The notes below the pieces were generated by a model. It searched no databases and was not told the DNA's origin. It saw nothing but the letters and a program-made list of their open reading frames with translations. Shown one piece after another: positions 18,581-25,874 of a stretch of DNA of 34,641 nucleotides. Made by a program: the position numbers and the translations under genes. How positions within the stretch are numbered: the first letter of the stretch is position 1; the number at the start of each line of letters is the position of its first letter. The stretch lies in IMG/VR virus record IMGVR_UViG_3300045988_070268. One strand, given 5' to 3'. This DNA is from a virus.

Positions 18581-19642
18581 TTATCCAACCGTGAGAACCT
18601 GTCCGGGATAGATGCGGTTGGGGTTGGCGAGTCCGTTCAGCTTTGCGAGGTGCTGCCACGAGGTACCGTATGCGGCGGCGATGCCGGAAAGGGTATCGCC
18701 GCCCTTGACCGTGTAGGTCTTGCGGGCCGGAGCCGATGCACCCAGCTTCGCGTTCACGGTTCGCTGGATAGCATCCGGGTCATACCCAGCCTGGGCAAGC
18801 CTGTTGCGCCTGTCGTTTCCGTTGCCCCATGCGCCACCGATGACCTCGTTTGCAATCTGCTCGTTGCTCTTCTTCGAAGGGTGGAGCTTCGCGTTGACGA
18901 TTGACTGGATGGCATCGTAATTATATCCGGCACTTGCAAGACGGTTGCGCCTATCGTCTCCGTTGCCCCACTGGCCTGCAATTACCTCGTCGGCGATTTG
19001 CTCGTTGCTCTTTCTAGCCGGTGCAGGTGCCGGAGCGCTCGACGCGCCCACGTACTTCGCCCACGCGGCGGCGTCCATGTATGCCTTGTCGAGGTCTAGG
19101 TTGCCATTGTATCCCGCAAGCCTTCCGGTTGAGCTGTACTGCCTGATGGCACAGTTATACGCGCCCTCGTTCCAAGGGCTGTCTTGGTATCCGGTGGGCT
19201 CTTTGTTCGCATACTGTGCGACCCATGTACCGCAATCGAGAGCCTGCGCGACGTCCCACGGGAATGAGCCTGCGGGCGCGTAGATGAGCGGCTTGACTCC
19301 CGTGCGGTCGATGACTCGCTGGACGAGCTGCTTGAGGTAGCCGGTGTTGCCCCACGCGGCGTTCTCCGCGCTCTCCCAGTCGATGCACGGGATGCCCTTG
19401 CCGAAGTATCCTGCGCAATGGTCGATGAAGAAGTCGGCTTCTGCCTGTGCTCCGCTGCCGTCCACGTAATGGTAGAAGCCGAACGGCTTGCCGAGGGCAA
19501 TGGCCTGCTGAACCTGCGCGTCGCAGGCGTCAGAGACGAAATTCACGCCCTGCGTCGCCTTTACGATTACGAAATCACATGGAACCTTCGAGAGGTCGAT
19601 TCCCGCCTGCCATCCGCTGATGTCGATTCCCTGCATTGCCAT
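18581..19642 (-). CDS. Endolysin: GH25 muramidase, two CW_7 repeats and a C-terminal LysM
   Basis: GIDISGWQ marks the GH25 N-terminus. There are two copies of SNEQIA(D/N)EVI(A/G)G(Q/A)WGNG(D/N)DRRNRLA..GY..DAIQ..VN (CW_7). The C-terminal [29 protein letters not shown]...GQVLTV is a LysM domain. Confidence 0.9.
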   Translation of the reverse strand: MAMQGIDISGWQAGIDLSKVPCDFVIVKATQGVNFVSDACDAQVQQAIALGKPFGFYHYVDGSGAQAEADFFIDHCAGYFGKGIPCIDWESAENAAWGNTGYLKQLVQRVIDRTGVKPLIYAPAGSFPWDVAQALDCGTWVAQYANKEPTGYQDSPWNEGAYNCAIRQYSSTGRLAGYNGNLDLDKAYMDAAAWAKYVGASSAPAPAPARKSNEQIADEVIAGQWGNGDDRRNRLASAGYNYDAIQSIVNAKLHPSKKSNEQIANEVIGGAWGNGNDRRNRLAQAGYDPDAIQRTVNAKLGASAPARKTYTVKGGDTLSGIAAAYGTSWQHLAKLNGLANPNRIYPGQVLTVG

Positions 19643-19644
19643 GT

Positions 19645-19878
19645 CTACTTGCTCCTTTCAGATACCTGCTTCGAAGTTGCCGCGCTTACTCCAATGAGCG
19701 CACCGATGAGAACCCCGGTCGCGTTGAGCGTGAGCACGATTGCATCGACGTTCGGGATGCCCCACGCCGGGAACACCGCGCCCACGAAAGTCGCGACTGC
19801 CGGGCATGCGACAAGCCCGACCCATTTTAGCACGTGATACAGTTTGTCGTTTATGATGTACTCTTTCGTTCTTTCCAC
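19645..19878 (-). CDS. Holin
   Basis: 77 aa with two hydrophobic segments (..[17 protein letters not shown].. and ..[19 protein letters not shown]..) and a charged C-terminus. It lies immediately upstream of the endolysin. The start is GTG. Confidence 0.6.
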   Translation of the reverse strand: MERTKEYIINDKLYHVLKWVGLVACPAVATFVGAVFPAWGIPNVDAIVLTLNATGVLIGALIGVSAATSKQVSERSK

Positions 19879-19882
19879 CTTC

Positions 19883-20275
19883 CTAATCGTCCTTTGTCGG
19901 CAACGCCATCATCTCGTCGTGGAGGTTCGTGGCGATGCCGTTGCCGCCTAGCCTGTGGTAGCTTTGATAGGTGCGCTCCATGACTTCCTTGTCCACGGTC
20001 GAAGCGTGGCCGTCACGCACGGCATGATGATGCGTTCGCATAAGCTCGCTTCTCAGCAGCGCCCGCAAGGCCGATTTGAAAAGCTCGTTTTCCTCTTCGG
20101 CCTTCTCCTTCTCGACGCGCCTGTTCGACAGCGTTACGCCGAGGAGAGCGACGACTGCCGCAGCCGAGTAGATTGCGAGCTGCGAATCGAGTCCCGGATT
20201 CGACACGAGCGTAGCGGTCGCTGCCAGCGCAGACGGGATGCACACCCACAAAAGTTTTTCCCAGAATCCCTGCAA
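19883..20275 (-). CDS. Membrane protein with one TM helix plus a coiled-coil/His-rich tail (holin/antiholin-like accessory lysis protein)
   Basis: High GC3 in this frame, with a hydrophobic N-terminus (LLWVCIPSALAATATLVSNPGL..AAAVVALLGVTL). It begins at a TTG/GTG start with a weak RBS, so the exact start is uncertain. Confidence 0.4.
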   Translation of the reverse strand: MQGFWEKLLWVCIPSALAATATLVSNPGLDSQLAIYSAAAVVALLGVTLSNRRVEKEKAEEENELFKSALRALLRSELMRTHHHAVRDGHASTVDKEVMERTYQSYHRLGGNGIATNLHDEMMALPTKDD

Positions 20276-20618
20276 CGCCGCTCTTTTCCGATTGGTTTAT
20301 TACACTCCTTTGATTATACGACACGCGGGACGGGAATTGCGGGAACGATGAAAGGCCCCCATTTCTGGGGGCCTTTGATTGGAACTCGTCTTGAAGACCG
20401 ATGATTACTCTCACACTTCCATATTGCGCATTCTCAATCTTCCATTTAGAAACCTCTTCGTCTCCATGTGCCGCGATTGCCGCTTCTACGGGACGTATAC
20501 GGAAACGCCAGCCATTGGATGCAATCTCGCCATCGCGCGTGAAGATGTAGACTGAAGCTGCGTACGACTCTGCTTTCACCTTGTTGAGGATGCTCTCTAC
20601 TGTATTGGCGTTCGTCAT
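20013..20618 (-). CDS. ORF of uncertain extent. The N-terminal portion of about 85 codons (20378..20618, MTNANTVESILNKVKAESYAASVYIFTRDGEIASNGWRF...) looks coding; the distal part is probably spurious read-through
   Basis: ATG at 20616..20618 has RBS GGAAAGAGAAAGGAA. The region has lower GC (about 48%) and lower GC3 than its neighbours. The frame has no stop until 20013, passes through a hairpin, and then overlaps the 19883..20275 gene in another frame with Arg/Ala-rich junk. Confidence 0.25.
   Translation of the reverse strand: MTNANTVESILNKVKAESYAASVYIFTRDGEIASNGWRFRIRPVEAAIAAHGDEEVSKWKIENAQYGSVRVIIGLQDEFQSKAPRNGGLSSFPQFPSRVSYNQRSVINQSEKSGVAGILGKTFVGVHPVCAGSDRYARVESGTRFAARNLLGCGSRRSPRRNAVEQARREGEGRRGKRAFQIGLAGAAEKRAYANASSCRA
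20351..20376. terminator. Perfect 10-bp hairpin aaaggccccc-atttct-gggggccttt upstream of the lysis cassette
   Basis: Read directly. It has short U tracts on both strands, so it could be a bidirectional terminator or an attenuator. Confidence 0.35.
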
Positions 20619-20705
20619 TTCGGGATTCCTTTCTCTTTCCCTTCGTTGATTATAGTATATACCTATACACGAGCATAGCAGGCGTGAATTGGAAATTTTT
20701 TTCAA

Positions 20706-20740
20706 AATAAAAAACGGGAACCCTCTCGGATTCCCGCATC
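20706..20740 (-). terminator. Rho-independent terminator ending the early operon
   Basis: On the minus strand, cgggaauccgagaggguucccg is followed by UUUUUUAUUUU, immediately after the stop of the 20744..20917 gene. Confidence 0.7.
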
Positions 20741-20743
20741 TGG

Positions 20744-20917
20744 TTATTTTTTCAAGTCCTCGCGAATCAGCCTCTTGATGTATCCCTGCTTGCTGGGCAC
20801 GCTGTCGAGCTTTTCCAGAACGTCCCCGTCGGTGCGGCGGTTCAGCTTCAGGTGAACCTGCCGCGTGTTCTCGGCGTCGTACTTCTTCTGGGCCTTGATT
20901 TGCGCTTCAGTTGCCAT
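20744..20917 (-). CDS. Small ribbon-helix-helix-like protein (57 aa)
   Basis: MATEAQIKAQKKYDAENTRQVHLKLNRRTDGDVLEKLDSV... shows a beta-strand then helix pattern. RBS GGAGGTGA sits 5 nt before the ATG at 20915..20917. Confidence 0.4.
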   Translation of the reverse strand: MATEAQIKAQKKYDAENTRQVHLKLNRRTDGDVLEKLDSVPSKQGYIKRLIREDLKK

Positions 20918-20922
20918 GCGCG

Positions 20923-21138
20923 TCACCTCCGGTTGTCGATTAGGTCTGCCAATTTCCGCCACATTCCCGGCCCCGAGCTGTCTAGGTTGCAGAGCGCGTC
21001 ATCGTTACCGAACAGCGCCCTGCTCGCCCTGAGGCATCCGAGGCAGTTGCCCACGGTCTTGTACGCGCTGCCCTCGTCGTCGCACCTGTGGGTGCGCAGG
21101 AACTCGACGGCCTCGCGCCTCTCCTTATCGCTTGGCAT
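20923..21138 (-). CDS. Hypothetical 71-aa Cys-rich protein (MPSDKERREAVEFLRTH...)
   Basis: Shares the N-terminal D(E/K)(K/R)RREV/A..L(R/K) motif with the genes at 21125..21487 and 22706..22915. Confidence 0.35.
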   Translation of the reverse strand: MPSDKERREAVEFLRTHRCDDEGSAYKTVGNCLGCLRASRALFGNDDALCNLDSSGPGMWRKLADLIDNRR

Positions 21139-21487
21139 CTGTAATCACCGCCCCGCATTTCGGGCAATAGTTCCAGCGCATGTCGCCAATCGAATATCCG
21201 CAGACCTCGCGGCACGGTGTCTCCCTGCCGTACTTGGTCTTGAACTTGCCGTGGCGCGTAGTGGTCGGGCGGTCGATAGGGTCGGCGAGTGTCTCGCAGA
21301 TATGGATGTAATTGCCTTGGAACGCATGTCCGCATCGCTCGACCGAAGCGGCGATGTTGCGGTAGGCCGTGTTGCCACATTCGCTGCCGTCAATATCGTC
21401 CTCGTACCACTTCGACCGCTCGCTCATGTATCCGATTTGCCTGCGCAGTTCAGCCGCTACCTCGCGCCGCTTCTCATCGGTAATCAT
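21125..21487 (-). CDS. Hypothetical 120-aa protein with a C-terminal zinc ribbon (CREVCG...CPKCG)
   Basis: MITDEKRREVAAELRRQ... carries the shared N-motif. Confidence 0.45.
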   Translation of the reverse strand: MITDEKRREVAAELRRQIGYMSERSKWYEDDIDGSECGNTAYRNIAASVERCGHAFQGNYIHICETLADPIDRPTTTRHGKFKTKYGRETPCREVCGYSIGDMRWNYCPKCGAVITDAKR

Positions 21488-21699
21488 TCGTCCTCACAAC
21501 TCCGCTCGTTGAATCTGCCGTTCCACTCGTCGATGGCGTAATCACTTTTGCTCGAGCGTGGGCCGCTCGCCATGCAATATCCGCACTCGACGAAGTACAG
21601 CTTCGTGCCTCCAATCAGCTCTTGCGTCATCATGACATGGTCTGAGGCCCCACAGAACGGGCAAGGTTTAAGCCCTTCAACCGAATCTGGCTCATTCAT
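21484..21699 (-). CDS. Lar-family restriction-alleviation-like zinc-finger protein (copy 2)
   Basis: MNEPDSVEGLKPCPFCGASDHVMMT...VECGYCMASGP... matches the Lar-type pattern of two CxxC pairs. RBS GGGAGGGGA. Confidence 0.5.
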   Translation of the reverse strand: MNEPDSVEGLKPCPFCGASDHVMMTQELIGGTKLYFVECGYCMASGPRSSKSDYAIDEWNGRFNERSCEDE

Positions 21700-21949
21700 G
21701 GTCGAACATCCCCTCCCAGTCGTCGCATGTCTCGTTCCATTGCCGTATGGCATCTAGAGTCAGCTGCAGGTCGCTCGGGCGACACGCCTTGGCGAGCGGC
21801 CCGGTGAGTACATGGTCGCGTTGTGCGTAGATGTTGCACTCCTTGCAGACGACTATCGCTGACAGGGTACTGTTCAGGTAGTCCTCGTTTATCCCGATGT
21901 GCAGGTGCTCGGTCGAATGGCACTTCGGGCACGGCTTCATAGTCGTCAT
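21692..21949 (-). CDS. Lar-family restriction-alleviation-like zinc-finger protein (copy 1)
   Basis: MTTMKPCPKCHSTEHLHIG...VVCKECNIYAQ... is a tandem paralogue of the downstream gene. Confidence 0.5.
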   Translation of the reverse strand: MTTMKPCPKCHSTEHLHIGINEDYLNSTLSAIVVCKECNIYAQRDHVLTGPLAKACRPSDLQLTLDAIRQWNETCDDWEGMFDHE

Positions 21950-22356
21950 TCGTCCTCACCCCTCAGTTTGCGGATACGGGATGCGATGTCTTTAACCATC
22001 TTTATGTCGCAATTGCCGTATGGGAACTGAGAACACCCTGAGCAATCTTTTCCGTCCGCTCCGAAATATTTGCAGCAGACGATACGCACGTCATCGCCAT
22101 TGATGATTTTGTCCAAGTCCTCAAGCAGTTTCTCCCAGCTGTCGGGCTGGATGAGGCGTACGTCACAGGCGTGCAAAGTCATGTGTTCGCCGGGCGTGCG
22201 CTCGATATACACGAACCAAGCATCGCGGGCGTCACTGGTGTGGTACATGTACTCGAAGCGCAAGGCTCGAACCTTAGTTCCGTCCGCGATGAACAGCTCC
22301 GAAGTATCAAGCGGAATCTCTCGACCCTCCGCATCCTTGGGTAGTTCGATATTCAT
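21946..22356 (-). CDS. Hypothetical 136-aa protein with a C-terminal Cys cluster (CCKYFGADGKDCSGCS)
   Basis: ORF with stop/start overlap (ATGA-type) to its neighbours; high GC3. Confidence 0.5.
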   Translation of the reverse strand: MNIELPKDAEGREIPLDTSELFIADGTKVRALRFEYMYHTSDARDAWFVYIERTPGEHMTLHACDVRLIQPDSWEKLLEDLDKIINGDDVRIVCCKYFGADGKDCSGCSQFPYGNCDIKMVKDIASRIRKLRGEDE

Positions 22357-22709
22357 CTGACTTCCTTTCTGCCGTTAAGAACCTTGGTGCGCAGTTCCGC
22401 GCAATCGGCGCTCGGATAGGTCGGCGCTACCTCTTTGCGGATGAGCGCAGCACATGCCGCTACGCCATATGCCATATCCGATGACGTTGGTTTCTCATCA
22501 CGCATAAAGCACCGATGAAGACTGTCCACGTTGGCCAGCGCCCTCTCCCACGCCTTGCAGCGTTCGCGGTACATCTTCGTGCGGTCGCGCGCCTTGGACA
22601 GTTTCGATTCAAGCCCCCGGCAATGGCGCTCTAGGTTCGCGTACCGACGCTTTAGGTCGGCTAGCTCATCGGCGTAGCTCAGGGCCAGCGTTTGATAGTC
22701 CTGCATCAC
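22353..22709 (-). CDS. Hypothetical 118-aa coiled-coil protein
   Basis: ORF in the early operon with overlapping stop and start. Confidence 0.45.
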   Translation of the reverse strand: MMQDYQTLALSYADELADLKRRYANLERHCRGLESKLSKARDRTKMYRERCKAWERALANVDSLHRCFMRDEKPTSSDMAYGVAACAALIRKEVAPTYPSADCAELRTKVLNGRKEVR

Positions 22710-22915
22710 TCATCCACCTCGCATCGCTCTTCATCGGTAATGTCGATAGGGTCTGCAATAGCATTGAAGGTCTCTTTCGGGTCTGCGAAATCGACCTCAC
22801 CCGTCACGGTATCTTGCAACCGCTGCCACCATTCGGATAATGAGCCGTCGCAATACGCAGCTTGCTTTCTCAGCTCTTGCGCCACCTCGCGGCGCTCGTC
22901 GCTAGTAAATGTCAT
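22706..22915 (-). CDS. Hypothetical 69-aa acidic protein (MTFTSDERREVAQELRKQAAY...)
   Basis: Shared N-motif as for 20923..21138 and 21125..21487. Confidence 0.4.
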   Translation of the reverse strand: MTFTSDERREVAQELRKQAAYCDGSLSEWWQRLQDTVTGEVDFADPKETFNAIADPIDITDEERCEVDE

Positions 22916-23411
22916 CGGAATCAGCCCAAAACATACAGTCGTAGTCGCACTCCCATGTCTCTCCGTCGCGGCTCATGGTCGCCCCGTACCTCGGAGTGTC
23001 GCCGTTATCGTCGCCCCGGAAGTGGAAGTGCCATCCCGGAAAGTCGAACTCCTCGTCGTACTCGTCGGCGGCGTACCTCGTGTCGCCGTACTCCTCGTAA
23101 TCGTCCCACCCGAACTTGCGGGAAAGGTCATCGAACGTGTATATGGTCGGCTTGTCCTTGCCGTCCTCCCACTCGTAAATCTCTGGCCAATACTGCTTGT
23201 AGCACCCGACGCGGACGATGCCGTCTCCCATGACTCCATGGTGCGAGAACTCGAACCACTCGAATCCGTCATGGTGCTTCATGATGTTCGCGTACACGCG
23301 GAGTCCAGAAGGTAGGGAAGCCTCGTCGGTGTCGTATACGCCTACGTCCTCCTTATCGGTTCTGCGCTCGCCGTTGAGGTACGCGAACGCGCCGTAGTCG
23401 ATGTATGCCAT
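22902..23411 (-). CDS. Hypothetical 169-aa highly acidic, aromatic-rich protein
   Basis: MAYIDYGAFAYLNGERRTD...; ATG at 23409..23411 with RBS GGAGG. The track's N-terminal extension was rejected. Confidence 0.5.
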   Translation of the reverse strand: MAYIDYGAFAYLNGERRTDKEDVGVYDTDEASLPSGLRVYANIMKHHDGFEWFEFSHHGVMGDGIVRVGCYKQYWPEIYEWEDGKDKPTIYTFDDLSRKFGWDDYEEYGDTRYAADEYDEEFDFPGWHFHFRGDDNGDTPRYGATMSRDGETWECDYDCMFWADSDDIY

Positions 23412-23451
23412 AGCTAGACCTCCGTCTCCGCCAGAATGCCGTCGTTCCTCT

Positions 23452-23616
23452 TCACAGTACCGACCCCATCCCGAGCGCCACGCTGATGCCGTCGGCGAGG
23501 ACGAGCACCGTCCACAGCGCAGCCGGGATAACGACGTACTCAACAACCCAGCAGAGTACGATGAACCCGACCGCTGCGCCCGCCGCCTTCACGATGTCGT
23601 TCTTTGAGATGTTCAT
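23452..23616 (-). CDS. Small 54-aa membrane protein (MNISKNDIVKAAGAAVGFIVLCWVVEYVVIPAALWTVLVLADGISVALGMGSVL)
   Basis: Not in the ORF track. It has a strong RBS (GGAGGGGAAAGGAG) and two hydrophobic helices. Confidence 0.4.
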   Translation of the reverse strand: MNISKNDIVKAAGAAVGFIVLCWVVEYVVIPAALWTVLVLADGISVALGMGSVL

Positions 23617-23645
23617 TTGAACTCCTTTCCCCTCCTGACTTGCAA

Positions 23646-23951
23646 CTACGGTATGTGGTACTCGCGGTTGCCCATCTCATAGAAAAGGGCGTCGTATGCA
23701 TGCTCGTGGTCCGCGATGAACTCGCGCTTCGCATCGTCCACCGCATGAAGCTCGCTCAGGACGTAATCGAGGTCGCTCTTAAGGCAGGACGCCCCAGCGC
23801 CCATCCTGATTAGCTTGTCACCCTTCATGTCCTTCAGGCTCAACCCCATATCGTCTAATGCGTTGTCAAGCTGCTCGGAGCTAAAGGCAAAAATCATCGG
23901 AAGGTTGTTTACCTTGTTTTGAAGCATGTCTTTGAAGTCGGTGTATTTCAT
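23646..23951 (-). CDS. Hypothetical 101-aa protein
   Basis: ORF with ATG at 23951. Protein-like composition (MKYTDFKDMLQNKVNNLPMIFAF...). Confidence 0.5.
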   Translation of the reverse strand: MKYTDFKDMLQNKVNNLPMIFAFSSEQLDNALDDMGLSLKDMKGDKLIRMGAGASCLKSDLDYVLSELHAVDDAKREFIADHEHAYDALFYEMGNREYHIP

Positions 23952-23982
23952 CGTTGTGTCTCCCTTTCTCTCTATGTGTTGT

Positions 23983-24153
23983 CTATCGGTCCTGCTCGTA
24001 ATCCTCTACTTTGCAGACCTTGCGTGCGCACGGGCCTGTGGGGTTTCCCCAGCCCTCCCAGACGAACCCGTCTGCGACGGTGTATCCGTCCTTCTTCGCC
24101 TTCTCTGCCTTGCGGTTGATGAAGCGGATGCGCTCCATAAGTTCGTTGTTCAT
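23983..24153 (-). CDS. Hypothetical 56-aa protein (MNNELMERIRFINRKAEKAKKDGYTVADGFVWEGWGNPTGPCARKVCKVEDYEQDR)
   Basis: ATG at 24151..24153 with RBS GAGAGAAGGGAA. The track's upstream extension is low-complexity. Confidence 0.35.
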   Translation of the reverse strand: MNNELMERIRFINRKAEKAKKDGYTVADGFVWEGWGNPTGPCARKVCKVEDYEQDR

Positions 24154-24313
24154 TTCGTGTTCCCTTCTCTCGGGGGATTCGCAGTGACGGCCTGTATCTC
24201 GATGGTATGTGCCGTTTGCCCTTTCCCTTCCTGACATATATAAGTATACACTAATATCGTTAAAAATGAAAGCGCTTACGGAAATATTTTCCGAGGTAAT
24301 TTCTGGCATAGAA

Positions 24314-24337
24314 AAGGCCCCACCGAAGCGGGGCCTT
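24314..24337 (-). terminator. Hairpin terminator aaggcccc-accgaagc-ggggcctt abutting the stop of the 24341..24559 gene
   Basis: GC stem of 6 bp plus two A:T pairs, with U-rich flanks on both strands. Confidence 0.5.
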
Positions 24338-24340
24338 GTT

Positions 24341-24559
24341 TTACTTCTCGTTGATTTCCATTAACGTGTAGCCGAAATAATCGAGGTCGTAATTGCTCGC
24401 ATCTTCCTTGCTGAGGCGCTCGGTGTAGTAGATGAAGTCGTGGTATCTATGCCCGTCAACAACCGCACCGTCAGCGCAGCAAACGAATCCTTGCATCGGC
24501 TGGCAACCCATGCCATACGGGCGTAGGCGCATTCCGTACTTGTGAAGACCGATAACCAT
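24341..24559 (-). CDS. Hypothetical 72-aa protein (MVIGLHKYGMRLRPYGMGCQPMQGFVCCADGAVVDGHRYHDFIYY...)
   Basis: ATG at 24557..24559 with RBS AAAGGAA. The track's 49-codon extension crosses the promoter region. Confidence 0.4.
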   Translation of the reverse strand: MVIGLHKYGMRLRPYGMGCQPMQGFVCCADGAVVDGHRYHDFIYYTERLSKEDASNYDLDYFGYTLMEINEK

Positions 24560-24596
24560 TGCAGTTCCTTTCTCTCTGCCCTTACTTGCTGACACT

Positions 24597-24624
24597 AGTA
24601 TACACCTATAATGTATGGTTGCAA
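24597..24624 (-). promoter_or_regulatory. Sigma-70-like promoter on the minus strand (TTGCAA-16 nt-TATACT) in the 140-bp gap upstream of the 24341..24559 gene
   Basis: -35 at 24619..24624 and -10 at 24597..24602, read from the sequence. Confidence 0.35.
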
Positions 24625-24702
24625 GGGAAAAGCCGAAAAACTTCCAAACAAGGAGTGGCCCCCAGCTGTTCAAAGGCTGGAGGCCACGAGAGAAAGGAGC
24701 CA

Positions 24703-25023
24703 TCACTTGGATGGCGGTTGCATTGTACCACGAAGGAACCTCCTGAGCTGCTTCGCGGGCGAAGTCCTGTCATAGTGCATGCGCCTCGCTATCGTCTCCC
24801 AGCTCTTGCCTTCGAGGAACCGCATGACGGCGATTGCCCTGACTCTCGCGTCGGGCACCGTCGCTATGAAGGCCATGACCTCAAGCCTTGCGGCTTCTAC
24901 CGCCCGCGCCTGCCCTTCAACCGCCCTCAGCACATCCGCGCTGCTCTCTTCGGCTGCGACCCTGCGGAGCGCGTCCAGCTCCGCCTTGAGATGCACGGCC
25001 TGCGACAGCTCGCGCTCGGTCAC
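24703..25023 (-). CDS. Sigma-70 region-4-like / ArpU-RinA-type putative transcriptional regulator
   Basis: C-terminal ..DARVRAIAVMRFLEGKSWETIARRMHYDRTSPAKQLRR.. resembles a region-4 HTH, and the N-terminus is coiled-coil. The likely start is GTG at 25021..25023, overlapping the dnaC-like TGA (GTGA). The track start lies inside dnaC. Confidence 0.45.
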   Translation of the reverse strand: MTERELSQAVHLKAELDALRRVAAEESSADVLRAVEGQARAVEAARLEVMAFIATVPDARVRAIAVMRFLEGKSWETIARRMHYDRTSPAKQLRRFLRGTMQPPSK

Positions 25024-25859
25024 AGTCCCAGAAGCTCCTTGGCGGCTGCCGTCCTTGCGGCGTAGTCCGAACGTCGGCGGTCTTGCCCATTGAATGCCAC
25101 GGGGACGCACATGTCCATGATGCGGCTGTATATCCGCTGCTCGCCTATCCCATCGGCGCCCATGAGGTCGCGTGGGTTGATGTTCGTCGTCACTATCAGT
25201 GGCAGCTTGGAGCGATAGCGGGCGTCGATGACTGCCGTCACCTGCTCCGTCATGTACTCGGTTCGCCTCTCGGTGGCGAAGTCATCGATTACCAGAAGGT
25301 CGAACTTCTGTAGGCTGTCGATGTACTCCTGCTTCCCGGCGAACCCGTTCTGAAGCTTGTTGACTATCCGCTGGAAGTTGGTCATGAGGCACGGCGTGCC
25401 GCTCTCAATCAACGCGTTCGCTATGCAGGCGGCCGCGAAGCTCTTCCCGCTTCCGACGTTGCCGTAGAGCATCAGCCCCGTCCCGTTCTCCAACATCTCG
25501 GGGAACTTCTCGACGTACCGCTTCATAGCCGCCATCGTCTTCGCGTCCTTGCCATCGTCGTTGGCGAACGTCCACTCTCGCATCTCGGAGTCCGGGAAGC
25601 CGGTGCGGCGCATCCTGTCCACGCGCTGCATTCTCTCGCGTGCCCTGTCCTCTTCCTTGAGCCGCTCTTCCCGCTCGACCTCGCACTTGCACATGCAATA
25701 CGGCTTGATTACCCTGCCGCCGCACTCGACCTCGCACTGCTTTGGCGTGTGGCACTTTCCGCAATACAGAAGGCCGTCCTTGATGTAGTCGCCCTCCTGC
25801 GGCTTGCGGTTCTGGGCTGCCGCCTTGGCAAGCCCTTCGATGATTCCGTCTGTCTTCAT
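25020..25859 (-). CDS. DnaC/IstB-like AAA+ helicase loader with an N-terminal zinc-finger region
   Basis: Walker A GNVGSGKS, Walker B LLVIDD, and Cys clusters CGKCHTP..CMCKCE. Confidence 0.8.
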   Translation of the reverse strand: MKTDGIIEGLAKAAAQNRKPQEGDYIKDGLLYCGKCHTPKQCEVECGGRVIKPYCMCKCEVEREERLKEEDRARERMQRVDRMRRTGFPDSEMREWTFANDDGKDAKTMAAMKRYVEKFPEMLENGTGLMLYGNVGSGKSFAAACIANALIESGTPCLMTNFQRIVNKLQNGFAGKQEYIDSLQKFDLLVIDDFATERRTEYMTEQVTAVIDARYRSKLPLIVTTNINPRDLMGADGIGEQRIYSRIMDMCVPVAFNGQDRRRSDYAARTAAAKELLGL

Positions 25860-25874
25860 GATTTTCCTTCCTCT

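Noticed and set aside
24586-24612. Plus-strand promoter (TTGCTG ... TATAAT) facing into the early operon
   Set aside because: The spacer is only 15 nt on recount. No credible plus-strand ORF or structured RNA follows it, so it is probably a fortuitous TATAAT in an AT-rich stretch.
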